The notes below the pieces were generated by a model, which was not told where the DNA came from, made no database searches, and worked only from the letters and a program-made list of their open reading frames with translations. A stretch of DNA of 64,000 nucleotides. It comes from Candidatus Poribacteria bacterium. GTDB lineage: Bacteria; Poribacteria; WGA-4E; WGA-3G. Both the position numbers and the translations under genes were made by a program. The first letter of the stretch is position 1, and every line of letters starts with the position of its first letter. Of this stretch, positions 1 to 10,108 are shown piece after piece. The stretch is taken from NCBI GenBank assembly GCA_022824265.1, contig JAJEAG010000024.1:27521-91520 (forward strand), given 5' to 3'.

Positions 1-1
1 A

Positions 2-262
2 ATTACGTTTGGAATTGAAAAGGCTAATCCGACATCACTTGAAGGTGGAACTCCAGAGGAAAACGCAGAAATTACAACAAACATCCTTAAGGGTGAGGCG
101 GGACCGAAACGTGATATTGTCCTGTTGAATGCTGCAGCTGCTATTGTTGTTGGAGGAAAAGCAGAGGATATCGAATCTGGTTTGAAACTTGCTGCTGACT
201 CTATTGATTCTGGAAGTGCTTTAGAGAAATTGGAAGCATTGAAAAAGGTATCAAATGAATAG
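2..262 (+). CDS. trpD: Anthranilate phosphoribosyltransferase (TrpD), C-terminal fragment. The gene begins upstream of the window.
   Basis: Frame-2 translation ...GGTPEENAEITTNILKGEAGPKRDIVLLNAAAAIVVGGKAEDIESGLKLAADSIDSGSALEKLEALKKVSNE* has the typical TrpD C-terminus. It lies immediately upstream of trpC. Confidence 0.75.
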   Translation: MTFGIEKANPTSLEGGTPEENAEITTNILKGEAGPKRDIVLLNAAAAIVVGGKAEDIESGLKLAADSIDSGSALEKLEALKKVSNE

Positions 263-303
263 TCAGAATCTTAAGACACTATTCATACGAATGATATTGA
301 CTT

Positions 304-1104
304 TTGCTACAAAACAATAAAGGAATGCCGTTGATATTAGACAAGATAATTTCTCATAAACTGAAGGAACTCCAGTTAGAACAGAAACAAGTTCCGCTTA
401 CAATACTGAAATCAAAGTTAGATAAGATACCACCAACAAAGGATTTTAGAAGCGCAATTTCACAATCAAATGGTATTAACCTGATTGCTGAGGTAAAGAA
501 AAAATCTCCGAGTAAAGGTATAATCAGAGAAGATTTTGATCCAATAGATATTGCAGAAATATATTCTGAAAATGGCGCAGCTGCAATTTCCGTGTTGACT
601 GATGTCCAATTTTTTGATGGCAGGCTTGATTACCTATCATCAATCCAGAAAGTTGTAGATATTCCATTACTACGAAAAGATTTCACTATTGATGAATACC
701 ACATATTTCAAGCGAGAGTTGCGGGTGCAGATGCGATACTACTTATAGTTGCTGCATTGACACCATCTCAGCTGCATGAGTTTATGAAGATTGCCACATC
801 ACTTTCATTAGCGTCTCTGGTGGAAGTACATACAAAAGCTGAATTAGAGATTGCATTGGATGTTGGTGCGGAAATAATCGGTATAAATAACCGAGACTTA
901 AAAACATTCAATACCGATATTGCAACAACCTTCCAACTCCTTGATTCTATACCCTCAGACAAAGTAGTTGTAAGTGAAAGTGGTATTTATACGCGTGCTG
1001 ATGTAGCGGCTTTAGAAGATGCTGGGGTTAATGCAATTCTGGTTGGTGAATCGTTGATGCGTAGCAGAAATATAGGTGAGAAAGTACAGGAATTAATTGG
1101 TTAG
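304..1104 (+). CDS. trpC: Indole-3-glycerol phosphate synthase
   Basis: 266 aa. Motifs IAEVKKKSPSKGII, ISVLTD.QFF.G, LRKDF..DEY and NNRDL fit the TrpC family. The true start may be the internal Met at 325. Confidence 0.85.
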   Translation: MLQNNKGMPLILDKIISHKLKELQLEQKQVPLTILKSKLDKIPPTKDFRSAISQSNGINLIAEVKKKSPSKGIIREDFDPIDIAEIYSENGAAAISVLTDVQFFDGRLDYLSSIQKVVDIPLLRKDFTIDEYHIFQARVAGADAILLIVAALTPSQLHEFMKIATSLSLASLVEVHTKAELEIALDVGAEIIGINNRDLKTFNTDIATTFQLLDSIPSDKVVVSESGIYTRADVAALEDAGVNAILVGESLMRSRNIGEKVQELIG

Positions 1105-1127
1105 TCAATGTGGTGTTTGTCTATCCT

Positions 1128-1568
1128 TTAAATGGAAACTACATCTATTCCGTGTCGTTTTAGTAGTGCCGTTGTTACGCCATCTCCTGATATAAGTGTT
1201 CCCGAAAAAGAACCATCATAAACTTCACCACACCCACATGATGGACTCCTTGCTTTGAAAATAACAGATGTAGCACCTTGAGACAGTGCCAATTCAAGGG
1301 CATGTTGTGCTCCTTTCAATATCTCCTGTGTCTTATCCTGACCATCAGCAGTCATGACTCTTGCCTTACCATCCAATACATCATTACCATCACCGCCAAC
1401 AATTTCTACTGCTGGACGAGGTGTTGGAAGTCCACCCGATTCTTCTGGACATACAGGTATAAGGTCACCTGATTGTTGGTGTTTATTTAACTTTTCGCTG
1501 CGACTGTTCCCACCATCGTAACGACAATTTACACCAAGAAGACAAGCACTGACAAGAATCTTTGTCAT
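1128..1568 (-). CDS. DUF523 (YbbK-like) family protein
   Basis: ILVSACLLGxNCRYDGG is the N-terminal signature of DUF523. The start at 1568 forms an ATGA overlap with the birA stop, and an upstream GGAAG is present. Confidence 0.6.
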   Translation of the reverse strand: MTKILVSACLLGVNCRYDGGNSRSEKLNKHQQSGDLIPVCPEESGGLPTPRPAVEIVGGDGNDVLDGKARVMTADGQDKTQEILKGAQHALELALSQGATSVIFKARSPSCGCGEVYDGSFSGTLISGDGVTTALLKRHGIDVVSI

Positions 1569-2224
1569 TTTTCTTCCCATACCTTTACTTGATCCTGAAT
1601 AAGTGTTACGTTCCCAGTCTTCAGGGTGAGATAGTGTTCCTCAAGACGTTCCAAAATGGAATGCAGGACTGTTAGACGACAGATTTCAATGTTTTGCGAA
1701 CCTGAGACAGCAATCTGTAGAGATGTAGCGGAATTAAGCAATTCAACTGGAAATTCTGCCATTGATATATTTACGTTGACTCCAAATCCTAACACAAAGA
1801 AAGGATGACGGTGCTGATCGTATTCAATTTCGGTTAGCACGCCAGCGACCTTCTTTTGCTCAATTCGCACATCATTTGGATGTTTTATTTTGGCAGATAG
1901 TCCGGTGACCGAATGAATCCCTTGAACAATTGCAAGTGCCCCGATTAAATTCGGTAAATGCACTTGCTCCTTCTTTAGACGGTATCTGAATATTACAGAG
2001 GCAAGTATACATTTACCTGATGGGGCTTTCCATGTTCTACCATACCTGCCTCGACCAGCGGTTTGATAATCAGTGATGACAAGTGTTCCTTCTTCTGCTC
2101 CATCGTTTTTCGCAAGTTCAATTGCAGCATCGTTTGTTGATTTAACCTCGGTGAGATATACTATATCGGGTTTCCCAACGATTCTATTCTTAAGTTTCCC
2201 ACGGAAGGCTTCAAAATCCATCAC
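1565..2224 (-). CDS. birA: Biotin-[acetyl-CoA-carboxylase] ligase, class I with no HTH domain
   Basis: GRGRYGRTW biotin-protein-ligase motif, about 219 aa. Confidence 0.75.
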   Translation of the reverse strand: MMDFEAFRGKLKNRIVGKPDIVYLTEVKSTNDAAIELAKNDGAEEGTLVITDYQTAGRGRYGRTWKAPSGKCILASVIFRYRLKKEQVHLPNLIGALAIVQGIHSVTGLSAKIKHPNDVRIEQKKVAGVLTEIEYDQHRHPFFVLGFGVNVNISMAEFPVELLNSATSLQIAVSGSQNIEICRLTVLHSILERLEEHYLTLKTGNVTLIQDQVKVWEEK

Positions 2225-2230
2225 TATATT

Positions 2231-5104
2231 TTATGATCCACCAAGTTTTCTGAGATGACTCTGTGCTTGCACTTTCCACTGTTCGGGTGGATTTAATTCA
2301 AGAAAACGTTTCCACTGTTTTTTTGCAAGTTCAATACGTTCAGTGTATTCATACATTAATGCCAGGTTAAAGTTTGCTGTTAAGTTACGTGGTTCCAATT
2401 GAATCACTCGTTCAAATTGATCTGCGGCTGCTCCGAGTTTATCCATACTATATAAAACATTCGCATAGACAATTATTGTATTCACATGCTTGTCGTTAAG
2501 ATCAAGTGCAATTTCCAACATGGTCTTTGCTTTGTTATATTGCAACTCAGAATTGTAATAAAGATCACCCAGACGTTGGTACGCTTCTGTGGCTTTATCA
2601 TCAATTGTAAGTTCTTTTTCATAGAATTGGATTGCCTCTTTCCATTCCTGATTGCGTTCTGCAAGTTTACCAAGTTGAATGTGAACACCTTTATATTTTG
2701 GTTTCAATCGGATTATTTTATTAAAGGTATTTTTAGCTTGTTCAAACTTCTCTGTATATATTTGAAGAACTCCAATGTGAAAATGTGCTTCCACATTTTT
2801 TGGATCTAATTCAACGACTTGCTGAAAATCTCCCAATATCTGCGAACTTCGATACAACTTACCTTTAATATGCTTATATCTATTTGTAATCATACCCCGA
2901 TAAAAATATGCGTCAACAAATCCCGGATTGAGTTCAATTGTCTTAGTATACTCAGTGACAGCCTTATCAGCAGGTGTATTGTAGTTTTCAAGAGTTGCTG
3001 CATGAGTATCTAACAATCGGGCGTATTGATAGTGCCACTCAAAATGAATTGGATCATGTTCGTTAGCTAAAGCGTAATGATGTAATGCATGTTTGATGTT
3101 CTCATCATACTTTTCTTTGGGTTCAGCCTTACTACGTTTGTTAAAAACAACTGCCAGTGTATGGTGGACATTTGGATGATTCGGTTCCAGTACCAATGCC
3201 GGTTGATAAAAACGTATCATGTTATCTTCGTCTTCACGCACTTGGTAGATGGCACCCAGTTGGAAGAATGGTTTGGCATTTTCAGGATCTAACTCAGTCG
3301 TCTTTTCATATTGCACAATTGCGTTGTCAATATCACCTCTTTTTTCATATAACAATCCTGCTTGATATTGAGCATCAACGTTGTCAGGTTCAAGACGAAC
3401 GGTTTCCAAAAATGCTGATAACGCTTCATCGTGTTGTTCCAATGCCATATAGGACTTAGCAGACAAATAATGTGCTTTGGCATCTGCGGGATTAAGTGCA
3501 ATAATCTTCTTCAATGCTTCCAGCGAGTCTTGATGTGAACCTATTTCGTTGAAGATATGCACCATTCTATATAGCACATCTGAACGATCTGGGTTTAATT
3601 GCAATGTTTTTTCATAAAATATAAGGGCATTATCTTTATCATCTATCCATTCATAAGATTGACCTAACAGATCGGTTACTACAATCTCATCAGGATATAG
3701 AATGTGGTGGATGTTTAATGGTTCTATTGCATCTTTATAGTTCCCACCCTCAAATTCTGTTTTGCCCTGTTCTATAAAACGGGTTGCAAGTGTCGGGTTC
3801 ACCTCAAGTGCGCGACGATAATGGGTAGCTGCTGTTTCTAATTCCCCTTTCCGTCGATACAAGTCACCTAAATGAATATCAGAATCTTGGAAGTTGCCAT
3901 TTAGGAGCTGCATGTTGAGTAGACTCGAATCTGCATTCACAATCTCAAGTGTTTTCTTATAGTGTTCAATGGCTTTATCTATATTACTGGTATCTAACTC
4001 CAGTTTACCCATATAGAAGTAGGATCTTGGGTCGTTTGGTAGAACTACCATCGCCTTTTCCAACAGAGCGCGGGCATCATCTACACCCATAATTCCTACA
4101 AAGTATGATTCCAAAGGTTGATAGATGCTGTCTTTGAATGTAGGATCATTGTCAATAGCCCTTTGATAATGAATTATCGCAGTTTTAACATCACCTTGTT
4201 TATAGAGAACATCCGCTATTGCAAAATGTGCGGAAGCATGCGTGGGTTCAATCTCAAGTGTACGATGATACAACTGGATAGCACCATCTATATTGCCAGT
4301 TTCAGCGAATATAACTGCCAAATCATATACATCGGTTGCTGTGTAAGGTTGATATTCTGCAGCTTTTTTGTATTCCTGAAGTGCTTCATCAAAAAAGTTT
4401 TCATAGGCAAGCACTTGTCCAAGTTTTATATATGCTGGTGCGAATTTACGGTTGTTTTGTATTGCACGTTCAAATGTTTCACGTGCCTTATTCAAGTTCC
4501 CTTGGTCAAAATAAACCAAACCTACGCCATAAACTGGATATTCCCACTTAGGATTCAAGGTTTGGGCAGAATCAAATGATTGTAATGCCTCTGTGTGGTT
4601 ACCCTGTTTGAGATGAATTTCTCCGATGTAGTAGTGTGCAGGATAGTATTTCGGATTGAGTGTGAGACTTGTCCTAAATTTGGTGAGTGCTTGATCGTAT
4701 TTTTCCTGTTTCTGAAAGATTGCACCGAGACTGAAATGTGCCCAAAACATTGATGGATCAAGTTCAAGTGCAATTTCATAGTTAGTAATTGCTTTTGTTT
4801 CTGCATCTGGATTGTCTTTTACATTAGTAAGAGCATAAGTGTATCCCAAGCCGTATATCAATGCAGCATTGTCGGGGTGTTTTTCTTTTACTCTTTCATA
4901 CAGTTGCGTCAGTTCAGATAGGTATCCCTTTTTTCTCCAATCAACAATGAGTTCTCGATGTTTTTGTGGGGCATTCTTTTTTGTATTTAAAACCTTAGAA
5001 AAATCTTTTTGCATATCCTTTTCCCATTTCTCTTGTGCTAAGGTAGAAAAAGTAATTGCAACTATAGAGAGAGAAATAATAAGTGCGGTTGTAAGTTTTT
5101 TCAT
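2231..5104 (-). CDS. Large secreted tetratricopeptide (TPR) repeat protein
   Basis: 957 aa. N-terminal signal peptide MKKLTTALIISLSIVAITFSTLAQE, then dozens of 34-aa TPR-like repeats (recurring AxxxYxxAL, LxPxxxxA). Confidence 0.8.
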   Translation of the reverse strand: MKKLTTALIISLSIVAITFSTLAQEKWEKDMQKDFSKVLNTKKNAPQKHRELIVDWRKKGYLSELTQLYERVKEKHPDNAALIYGLGYTYALTNVKDNPDAETKAITNYEIALELDPSMFWAHFSLGAIFQKQEKYDQALTKFRTSLTLNPKYYPAHYYIGEIHLKQGNHTEALQSFDSAQTLNPKWEYPVYGVGLVYFDQGNLNKARETFERAIQNNRKFAPAYIKLGQVLAYENFFDEALQEYKKAAEYQPYTATDVYDLAVIFAETGNIDGAIQLYHRTLEIEPTHASAHFAIADVLYKQGDVKTAIIHYQRAIDNDPTFKDSIYQPLESYFVGIMGVDDARALLEKAMVVLPNDPRSYFYMGKLELDTSNIDKAIEHYKKTLEIVNADSSLLNMQLLNGNFQDSDIHLGDLYRRKGELETAATHYRRALEVNPTLATRFIEQGKTEFEGGNYKDAIEPLNIHHILYPDEIVVTDLLGQSYEWIDDKDNALIFYEKTLQLNPDRSDVLYRMVHIFNEIGSHQDSLEALKKIIALNPADAKAHYLSAKSYMALEQHDEALSAFLETVRLEPDNVDAQYQAGLLYEKRGDIDNAIVQYEKTTELDPENAKPFFQLGAIYQVREDEDNMIRFYQPALVLEPNHPNVHHTLAVVFNKRSKAEPKEKYDENIKHALHHYALANEHDPIHFEWHYQYARLLDTHAATLENYNTPADKAVTEYTKTIELNPGFVDAYFYRGMITNRYKHIKGKLYRSSQILGDFQQVVELDPKNVEAHFHIGVLQIYTEKFEQAKNTFNKIIRLKPKYKGVHIQLGKLAERNQEWKEAIQFYEKELTIDDKATEAYQRLGDLYYNSELQYNKAKTMLEIALDLNDKHVNTIIVYANVLYSMDKLGAAADQFERVIQLEPRNLTANFNLALMYEYTERIELAKKQWKRFLELNPPEQWKVQAQSHLRKLGGS

Positions 5105-5153
5105 TTCTTGTCTCCTTCCTATCTGTTCATTTACAAGTTCAGTTTTGATTACA

Positions 5154-6083
5154 TTACTTATGGATTGCTTTTATTTTTTTGTCAGTCGGCATCGACGGGG
5201 TTGCACCGAGTACTGTGCACGCTGCTGCACCTGCAGCTGTAGCGTACTTTACCGATTCAGTTATATTGTTTCCATTTGCAAGTGCAGTTGCCAATGCACC
5301 ACTGAATGCATCTCCAGCCCCTGTTGTATCTATTACATCAACAGGAATCGCAGGAATATGTTCGGTTTCCGTTGGTGTACATAGTAGGACACCTTGTTCC
5401 CCAAGTGTCAGCACTACAGACGAAAGTCCATCTTGGTTTATTTGCTTCTGCAATGTCTTTGCAGCTGCAGTTCTCTGTTCAGATGTGGTAAACTCTTGTC
5501 CAGATAAAACTGTAGCCTCCGATGCATTAGGTGTCAATATATCAATTTTCTTTAATAAATCAACTGGCAACTGGCGTGCCGGTGCTGGATCAAGCAGGAC
5601 AATTGTCCCGTTTTCCCTTGCAATCTCAGCAGCACGTTGCGATGCATCAATCGGTGTTTCTAATTGTAGCAGCAACACATCTGCGTTTGCAATGCTATCT
5701 CCTGCAGCGTCTGTATCTGTTGGTGTGATACACATATTGGCGCGTGGTACAACGATGATGCTATTGTCTCCATCCGGCTCAACAACTATCGTTGCGATAC
5801 CTGTACCGTTGTCAGCATCGGTCTTGACAAATCGTGTGTCAATTTGTTCTGATTCCATTGCAGTTTGGAGCATCTCACCGAATGCATCCTCACCAATTCT
5901 ACCGATGAACGTGACTTCTGCTCCTAAACGCGCTGCAGCTGTTGCCTGATTGAATCCTTTACCACCAGTGAAGATGTCAAATGCTTCTCCGATGAGGGTT
6001 TCACCTTTGTTTGGCATCCGTTCTGCGCGAATTACAAGGTCAACATTTGCACTGCCAACTACAGTGACTTTAGGGTGGTGCAT
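5154..6083 (-). CDS. rbsK: Ribokinase or PfkB-family sugar kinase
   Basis: VVGSANVDL start, GGKGANQA-like motif and C-terminal DTTGAGDAF PfkB signature. GC content is visibly higher (~50%) than the flanks. Confidence 0.8.
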   Translation of the reverse strand: MHHPKVTVVGSANVDLVIRAERMPNKGETLIGEAFDIFTGGKGFNQATAAARLGAEVTFIGRIGEDAFGEMLQTAMESEQIDTRFVKTDADNGTGIATIVVEPDGDNSIIVVPRANMCITPTDTDAAGDSIANADVLLLQLETPIDASQRAAEIARENGTIVLLDPAPARQLPVDLLKKIDILTPNASEATVLSGQEFTTSEQRTAAAKTLQKQINQDGLSSVVLTLGEQGVLLCTPTETEHIPAIPVDVIDTTGAGDAFSGALATALANGNNITESVKYATAAGAAACTVLGATPSMPTDKKIKAIHK

Positions 6084-6163
6084 CTGTGCATACTATCCTT
6101 TGTAATGGCAATTGTTGATTAATCTGACGAGGGGTTGGAAATTGCACTCACATAAGATGCTTT

Positions 6164-6550
6164 TTATTTTTCCGATTCGTCTAATTCTTGCATGAATGTT
6201 TCAACACTGGTAGTCTGGACTGCTTTACGATGCAGTTCTGTCAAACGATCAAGGTCCAGAATAGATTCAAGGGCATCCGACACAGGTTGTACATTGCTCA
6301 GCGGAAAACGCTCAGTGAGTACAGATAGAATATTGCTAATGGAATTTTCACGTGCACCTCGTTCATAGAATCGCTGTTCCAAGTGTTCTATAAAAGGAGA
6401 TTCTCGCATCATTTCCTCCGATATAAGTTTTTGTAAAAATGTAAGGTCATGGGCTAAACTACCTAACGTTGACATCGCAAACAAAAGTGTTCCACGCGTC
6501 TGTGTATCAACTGGTGCGGCAACCGTCTTCTCAACACATCTTTCTAACAA
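6164..6550 (-). CDS. DUF4351-like C-terminal fragment of an Rpn/YhgA-type PD-(D/E)XK nuclease-transposase-like protein, probably a remnant
   Basis: ILSVLTERFPLSNVQPVSDALESILDLDRLTELHRKAV resembles DUF4351 C-terminal regions. It uses a TTG start. An out-of-frame 44-codon ORF (6544..6678) overlaps its start, which suggests a frameshifted gene. Confidence 0.35.
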   Translation of the reverse strand: MLERCVEKTVAAPVDTQTRGTLLFAMSTLGSLAHDLTFLQKLISEEMMRESPFIEHLEQRFYERGARENSISNILSVLTERFPLSNVQPVSDALESILDLDRLTELHRKAVQTTSVETFMQELDESEK

Positions 6551-6801
6551 TATATGTGTTTATACCTATCGGAGTCAAGAGTCTCTAAAACTTCAACATC
6601 GGGTGTGTCAAAGGATAGCATGGCGAAGTCATCGGCGAACCGATCCATCAGATGCTTCACGATTTCATCATATTGTGCCATGCTAATTGTTATACCTTTT
6701 CCTACAGGTTTGTTTTATTGATTATACTTGAGGGGATGGGTGGATTGTCAAGGAGAGTTTTTGATGTGATGTTTTGGAAACTGTGGTAAAATAAGGATGT
6801 A

Positions 6802-8010
6802 TTAAGCATTGGTATTAACTCTTTCAACTGCATGCTCAAAAGTATTCTTATAGACTGTACTTTTCATTCTACTTCGAATGAAGGTCTCAAGTGATCTTAT
6901 GCCCTTTTTCATTTCTTCGCGAACTCGACTTGCTTCAAAGTTGAATGTATACAGATTATGGCATGCTCGACGATGAATGTGGTTATTTCCATCACGATCT
7001 TCAAGATAGTCTATGTACAAAAGGGCATCGTTCTCGTTGCTAATTGAAAAAACTTCCCCACCTTCAACATCCCAATCTTTTACTATAAAACCCTCATTGT
7101 TAATCAACTGAAGTAAATGCTGTGCAAAATCACGACGATTTTGCTGATATTTGACGGGGTTTTTCTCCTTTTCTCTTTTGGAGAATCGTGTCCAGTGAAA
7201 ACCAGGTAATTGAACGTTTTTGAATGCTGCACTAAGCATCCAACTCTGTGAATCAACCGTATCAGCTCCACTGTAAAAAGCAAATAGCATTAACAACGCA
7301 GATCCCATTGAAAAACAGTGTATATGTGAATTAGGAAGAAGTTCTCGAACCTTATGAATAATGTCAATGGCTGTCCGTTTATTCCCGTTAAGTGCAAGTG
7401 GAGCTAAACTCCCAATACCAATAATAGAAGGAGTATATCCATATATTTTGACTATATTATCCAGTCGGCGTTTGAGAGTGCTTGGATTGTGACCGTGAAT
7501 AACTGGCATTAGTTGAAATCCATTGGGAATATCTCCATTTAGTGAATCTAATCCTTCGAACATTTTACGAGTGTTTTTTAGTGTATTTTGCCAACGCTTG
7601 CTTCTTTCTCTCCCATCAGATTCTGGTAGGAAAGGATGATCAAGCACAACTGATATATTAACCTTAAACTCAATTCCAACTTTAAGTACGTCAACAGCAT
7701 CTATGCTAATTTTGTTCTGTTTCTGGAAATTAAAAGCACCAGAATCAAGCATCAGAGGTCCATTAAACTCTATATATTCATGGAGTTTTCCGGGTCTTTC
7801 ACGGATTTCCGGAGTAAATAGACGTGTTCGTTGGTTTGCTAATATATCAAATGCATTAACGAGAAGTGCTTGGGTACCAGTGATTTTCCACGGATGGAAA
7901 GCCAAACCTGCCCGCGGAAAATCACCTATGCGATAACTGGCAAAAAGATTGGGTGTTTCAAATGAGAAATTTTGAAGAATGGAAGGAATTGCTATATCTT
8001 GATCCATCAA
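6802..8010 (-). CDS. tRNA-guanine transglycosylase (TGT)-fold protein, DpdA-like. Last gene of the six-gene operon.
   Basis: PLMLDSGAFNF aligns with TGT DSGGFQ. VVLDHPF aligns with aFDEC. IGIGSLAPL / LPNSHIHCFSMGS / GADTVDS follow the TGT (beta/alpha)8 core order. No CxCxxC...H zinc site. Start overlaps the upstream ATPase by 4 nt. Confidence 0.5.
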   Translation of the reverse strand: MMDQDIAIPSILQNFSFETPNLFASYRIGDFPRAGLAFHPWKITGTQALLVNAFDILANQRTRLFTPEIRERPGKLHEYIEFNGPLMLDSGAFNFQKQNKISIDAVDVLKVGIEFKVNISVVLDHPFLPESDGRERSKRWQNTLKNTRKMFEGLDSLNGDIPNGFQLMPVIHGHNPSTLKRRLDNIVKIYGYTPSIIGIGSLAPLALNGNKRTAIDIIHKVRELLPNSHIHCFSMGSALLMLFAFYSGADTVDSQSWMLSAAFKNVQLPGFHWTRFSKREKEKNPVKYQQNRRDFAQHLLQLINNEGFIVKDWDVEGGEVFSISNENDALLYIDYLEDRDGNNHIHRRACHNLYTFNFEASRVREEMKKGIRSLETFIRSRMKSTVYKNTFEHAVERVNTNA

Positions 8011-9176
8011 TTTCCATCTTCCACTATCAGTTTCATTCGTTCACGCATTCTTTCTAAAAAAATTCCTGGTAAAACCTTAAATTCAACCTTTTCCATATCT
8101 TCTTTTAGTGAATTATATTCTATCTCAATATCATTCCTATCAAGTGGTTTTAAGTCAATTGTATTAGATCGATTTGGTATGTCTAACTTACGAACAATTT
8201 CAAAGTTGTCACGTCCATTTTCTAAGTAGTCGGACACATACTCAATTGCAAGTTCAATGTTGTCTATTGGTTGAAGTTCTAATGGTTTACCTAAACGTCT
8301 TTGAATAGCGGGATATTGTCCAAGATCACTAGGGTCAGGAACTGTGGCAACTACAAAAAAAACTAATTCATTTAATGTATCAAAACAATGTCGTAAATCC
8401 TGTGCATACTGTGATTGACGTGATCGAGTTAATCCTTCAAATATTTCCTCAAATTCATCAAACAGAAGTATTATACCATCACATAGGTTTGTTCTTTTTA
8501 AGACTACAAGTAATCCGTATAGGAAACGTATAGCAAGTGACGAACTCGTAATATCAATAGGTTGCTTTCCCAAATGAGTTAATAGTTTTTTGTCTGCTGC
8601 AAGGAGTTTATGTCCTTTTAGCCAACGAATAAACGCATCTTTTTTTCGTTCTTGAAAGGTAGTAAACAATTCAGTTTGGATAATTGCTTTGATTATTTCC
8701 AATAATTCACTTGCAGTATTTTCCTCTTCTGAAAGTTTATCTATTTGAGTTTTGTCTGATTTTAAAGTTGTAATAAGATTATTCATAAAAGATTCTGTCA
8801 GTTTATCAACAATCTTTGCATGTATATTTAGATACGCTTCACCTGGATCTGAGATATAAATTGGATAAAGATTACCAATTTGCTTACTACGTCTTGCTTC
8901 GTCGGTCAATTTTTCAAAGTAACGTAAGATATTTGTCTTACCAGCATTGTGTTTACCGTTTATGCACAACCTTTTTGCGTCTGATGTAAAATTATTTATT
9001 ATATAAAAAAAGGTTTGTTTAATTTCTTCTTGGTCACTACAAACTTCAAAACGCGTTTCGCCAGGTCCAGGAAATGGATTTTTAAGTAGATTATATTTTT
9101 CATATGGACTGGAGATTTGTGGTTTGTTACCAATTTTAATCAGGTCTTTTTTCCATGTCATTGTTATTTCTCCCAA
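8007..9176 (-). CDS. P-loop AAA+ ATPase (AAA_16 / Cdc6-like type)
   Basis: Walker A INGKHNAGKTNILRYF and Walker B IILLFDEFEE. The N-terminal NPFPGPGETRF resembles the Cdc6/AAA_16 lead-in. Translationally coupled to the flanking genes. Confidence 0.6.
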   Translation of the reverse strand: MGEITMTWKKDLIKIGNKPQISSPYEKYNLLKNPFPGPGETRFEVCSDQEEIKQTFFYIINNFTSDAKRLCINGKHNAGKTNILRYFEKLTDEARRSKQIGNLYPIYISDPGEAYLNIHAKIVDKLTESFMNNLITTLKSDKTQIDKLSEEENTASELLEIIKAIIQTELFTTFQERKKDAFIRWLKGHKLLAADKKLLTHLGKQPIDITSSSLAIRFLYGLLVVLKRTNLCDGIILLFDEFEEIFEGLTRSRQSQYAQDLRHCFDTLNELVFFVVATVPDPSDLGQYPAIQRRLGKPLELQPIDNIELAIEYVSDYLENGRDNFEIVRKLDIPNRSNTIDLKPLDRNDIEIEYNSLKEDMEKVEFKVLPGIFLERMRERMKLIVEDGN

Positions 9177-10105
9177 CGAATTAGTTTGATCAATTTACCA
9201 TTCACATGCAATCCATCCTCCAGATAACGATAGTCAAGCCATAATGATCCTTTTCGCATAATATTCCTAACTTTTTTGGTTTCCTCAATATTCAGTAATT
9301 TTGCAATTAGACGTTCGCTAAGTATTTCATTCCTTGGTCGAATTGAAATGATTTGGTAATTCCCTGAAATTTCACTGCGGATCGTTGCAGGAGCAAGTGT
9401 TATTTTTCCGGGAAAATTTTTTACAAATAGGTTCATTTTCATCTCAAAAGCCTGAAAAGAAATCCGCAATTTCCGACATACGAGATGTGCTAACTGTCCA
9501 AGGTTTGCATACCCAGACGTTTTTTCACACTGGTTGTAACTTTCCCAACAAGCTGTTCTGAAAAGTTTTAACGACGGTTGTTTTTCATCCCATTCTCCTC
9601 CCCAATAGATGACTCCTTCAAAAGGAGAACGGTATGCATGTCCTACTGATACCGACCATGCCTGAAATGTATCAAAAGCGACGAAGGTAATGTTATAATT
9701 TTGTTTTATCTTAAGTCCCAAATCTCTTCGAGATGCTTTATCATTGCGTTGCGGAATTTTGATTTCGCCTTCATTTTTTAGGCATTCAAGGAAATCTGCG
9801 TAAGGGGGATAATTTCTCAATCCTTGATTCATCGGCAGCAAATGATTTCCAGAATTCCAAGCACCAATAAAATTATCATAATTTTCAGTCAGGCACAATA
9901 CATTATGATCTTGTTTACACTGAGTTAACCATTTGGATTCACTAAAGATACGTAGAATATCTTTCACCCTACGATCAAGACGTTTTATTTTACCTTGACT
10001 ATCTACAATTTCATATAGTATATCCAGTGAGAGTTTATTATCATCACGGTGTGTCTCAATGGAATCAGCAATGGAAAGTAATTTATTCATGGTAATTGGG
10101 TCCAC
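9164..10105 (-). CDS. Hypothetical protein, 313 aa, operon member
   Basis: Long ORF in an operon with overlapping start and stop codons. No recognisable motif. Confidence 0.5.
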   Translation of the reverse strand: MDPITMNKLLSIADSIETHRDDNKLSLDILYEIVDSQGKIKRLDRRVKDILRIFSESKWLTQCKQDHNVLCLTENYDNFIGAWNSGNHLLPMNQGLRNYPPYADFLECLKNEGEIKIPQRNDKASRRDLGLKIKQNYNITFVAFDTFQAWSVSVGHAYRSPFEGVIYWGGEWDEKQPSLKLFRTACWESYNQCEKTSGYANLGQLAHLVCRKLRISFQAFEMKMNLFVKNFPGKITLAPATIRSEISGNYQIISIRPRNEILSERLIAKLLNIEETKKVRNIMRKGSLWLDYRYLEDGLHVNGKLIKLIRWEK

Positions 10106-10108
10106 TTA

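Noticed and set aside
2486-4579. Several 60-150-aa plus-strand ORFs inside the TPR gene
   Set aside because: Low-complexity, Cys/Phe/Ile-rich translations from antisense AT-rich DNA. The minus-strand TPR protein is continuous with a signal peptide.
5179-5949. 256-aa plus-strand ORF antisense to the ribokinase gene
   Set aside because: Ala/Pro/Ser-rich translation typical of a GC-rich antisense frame. The sense gene has clear PfkB motifs.
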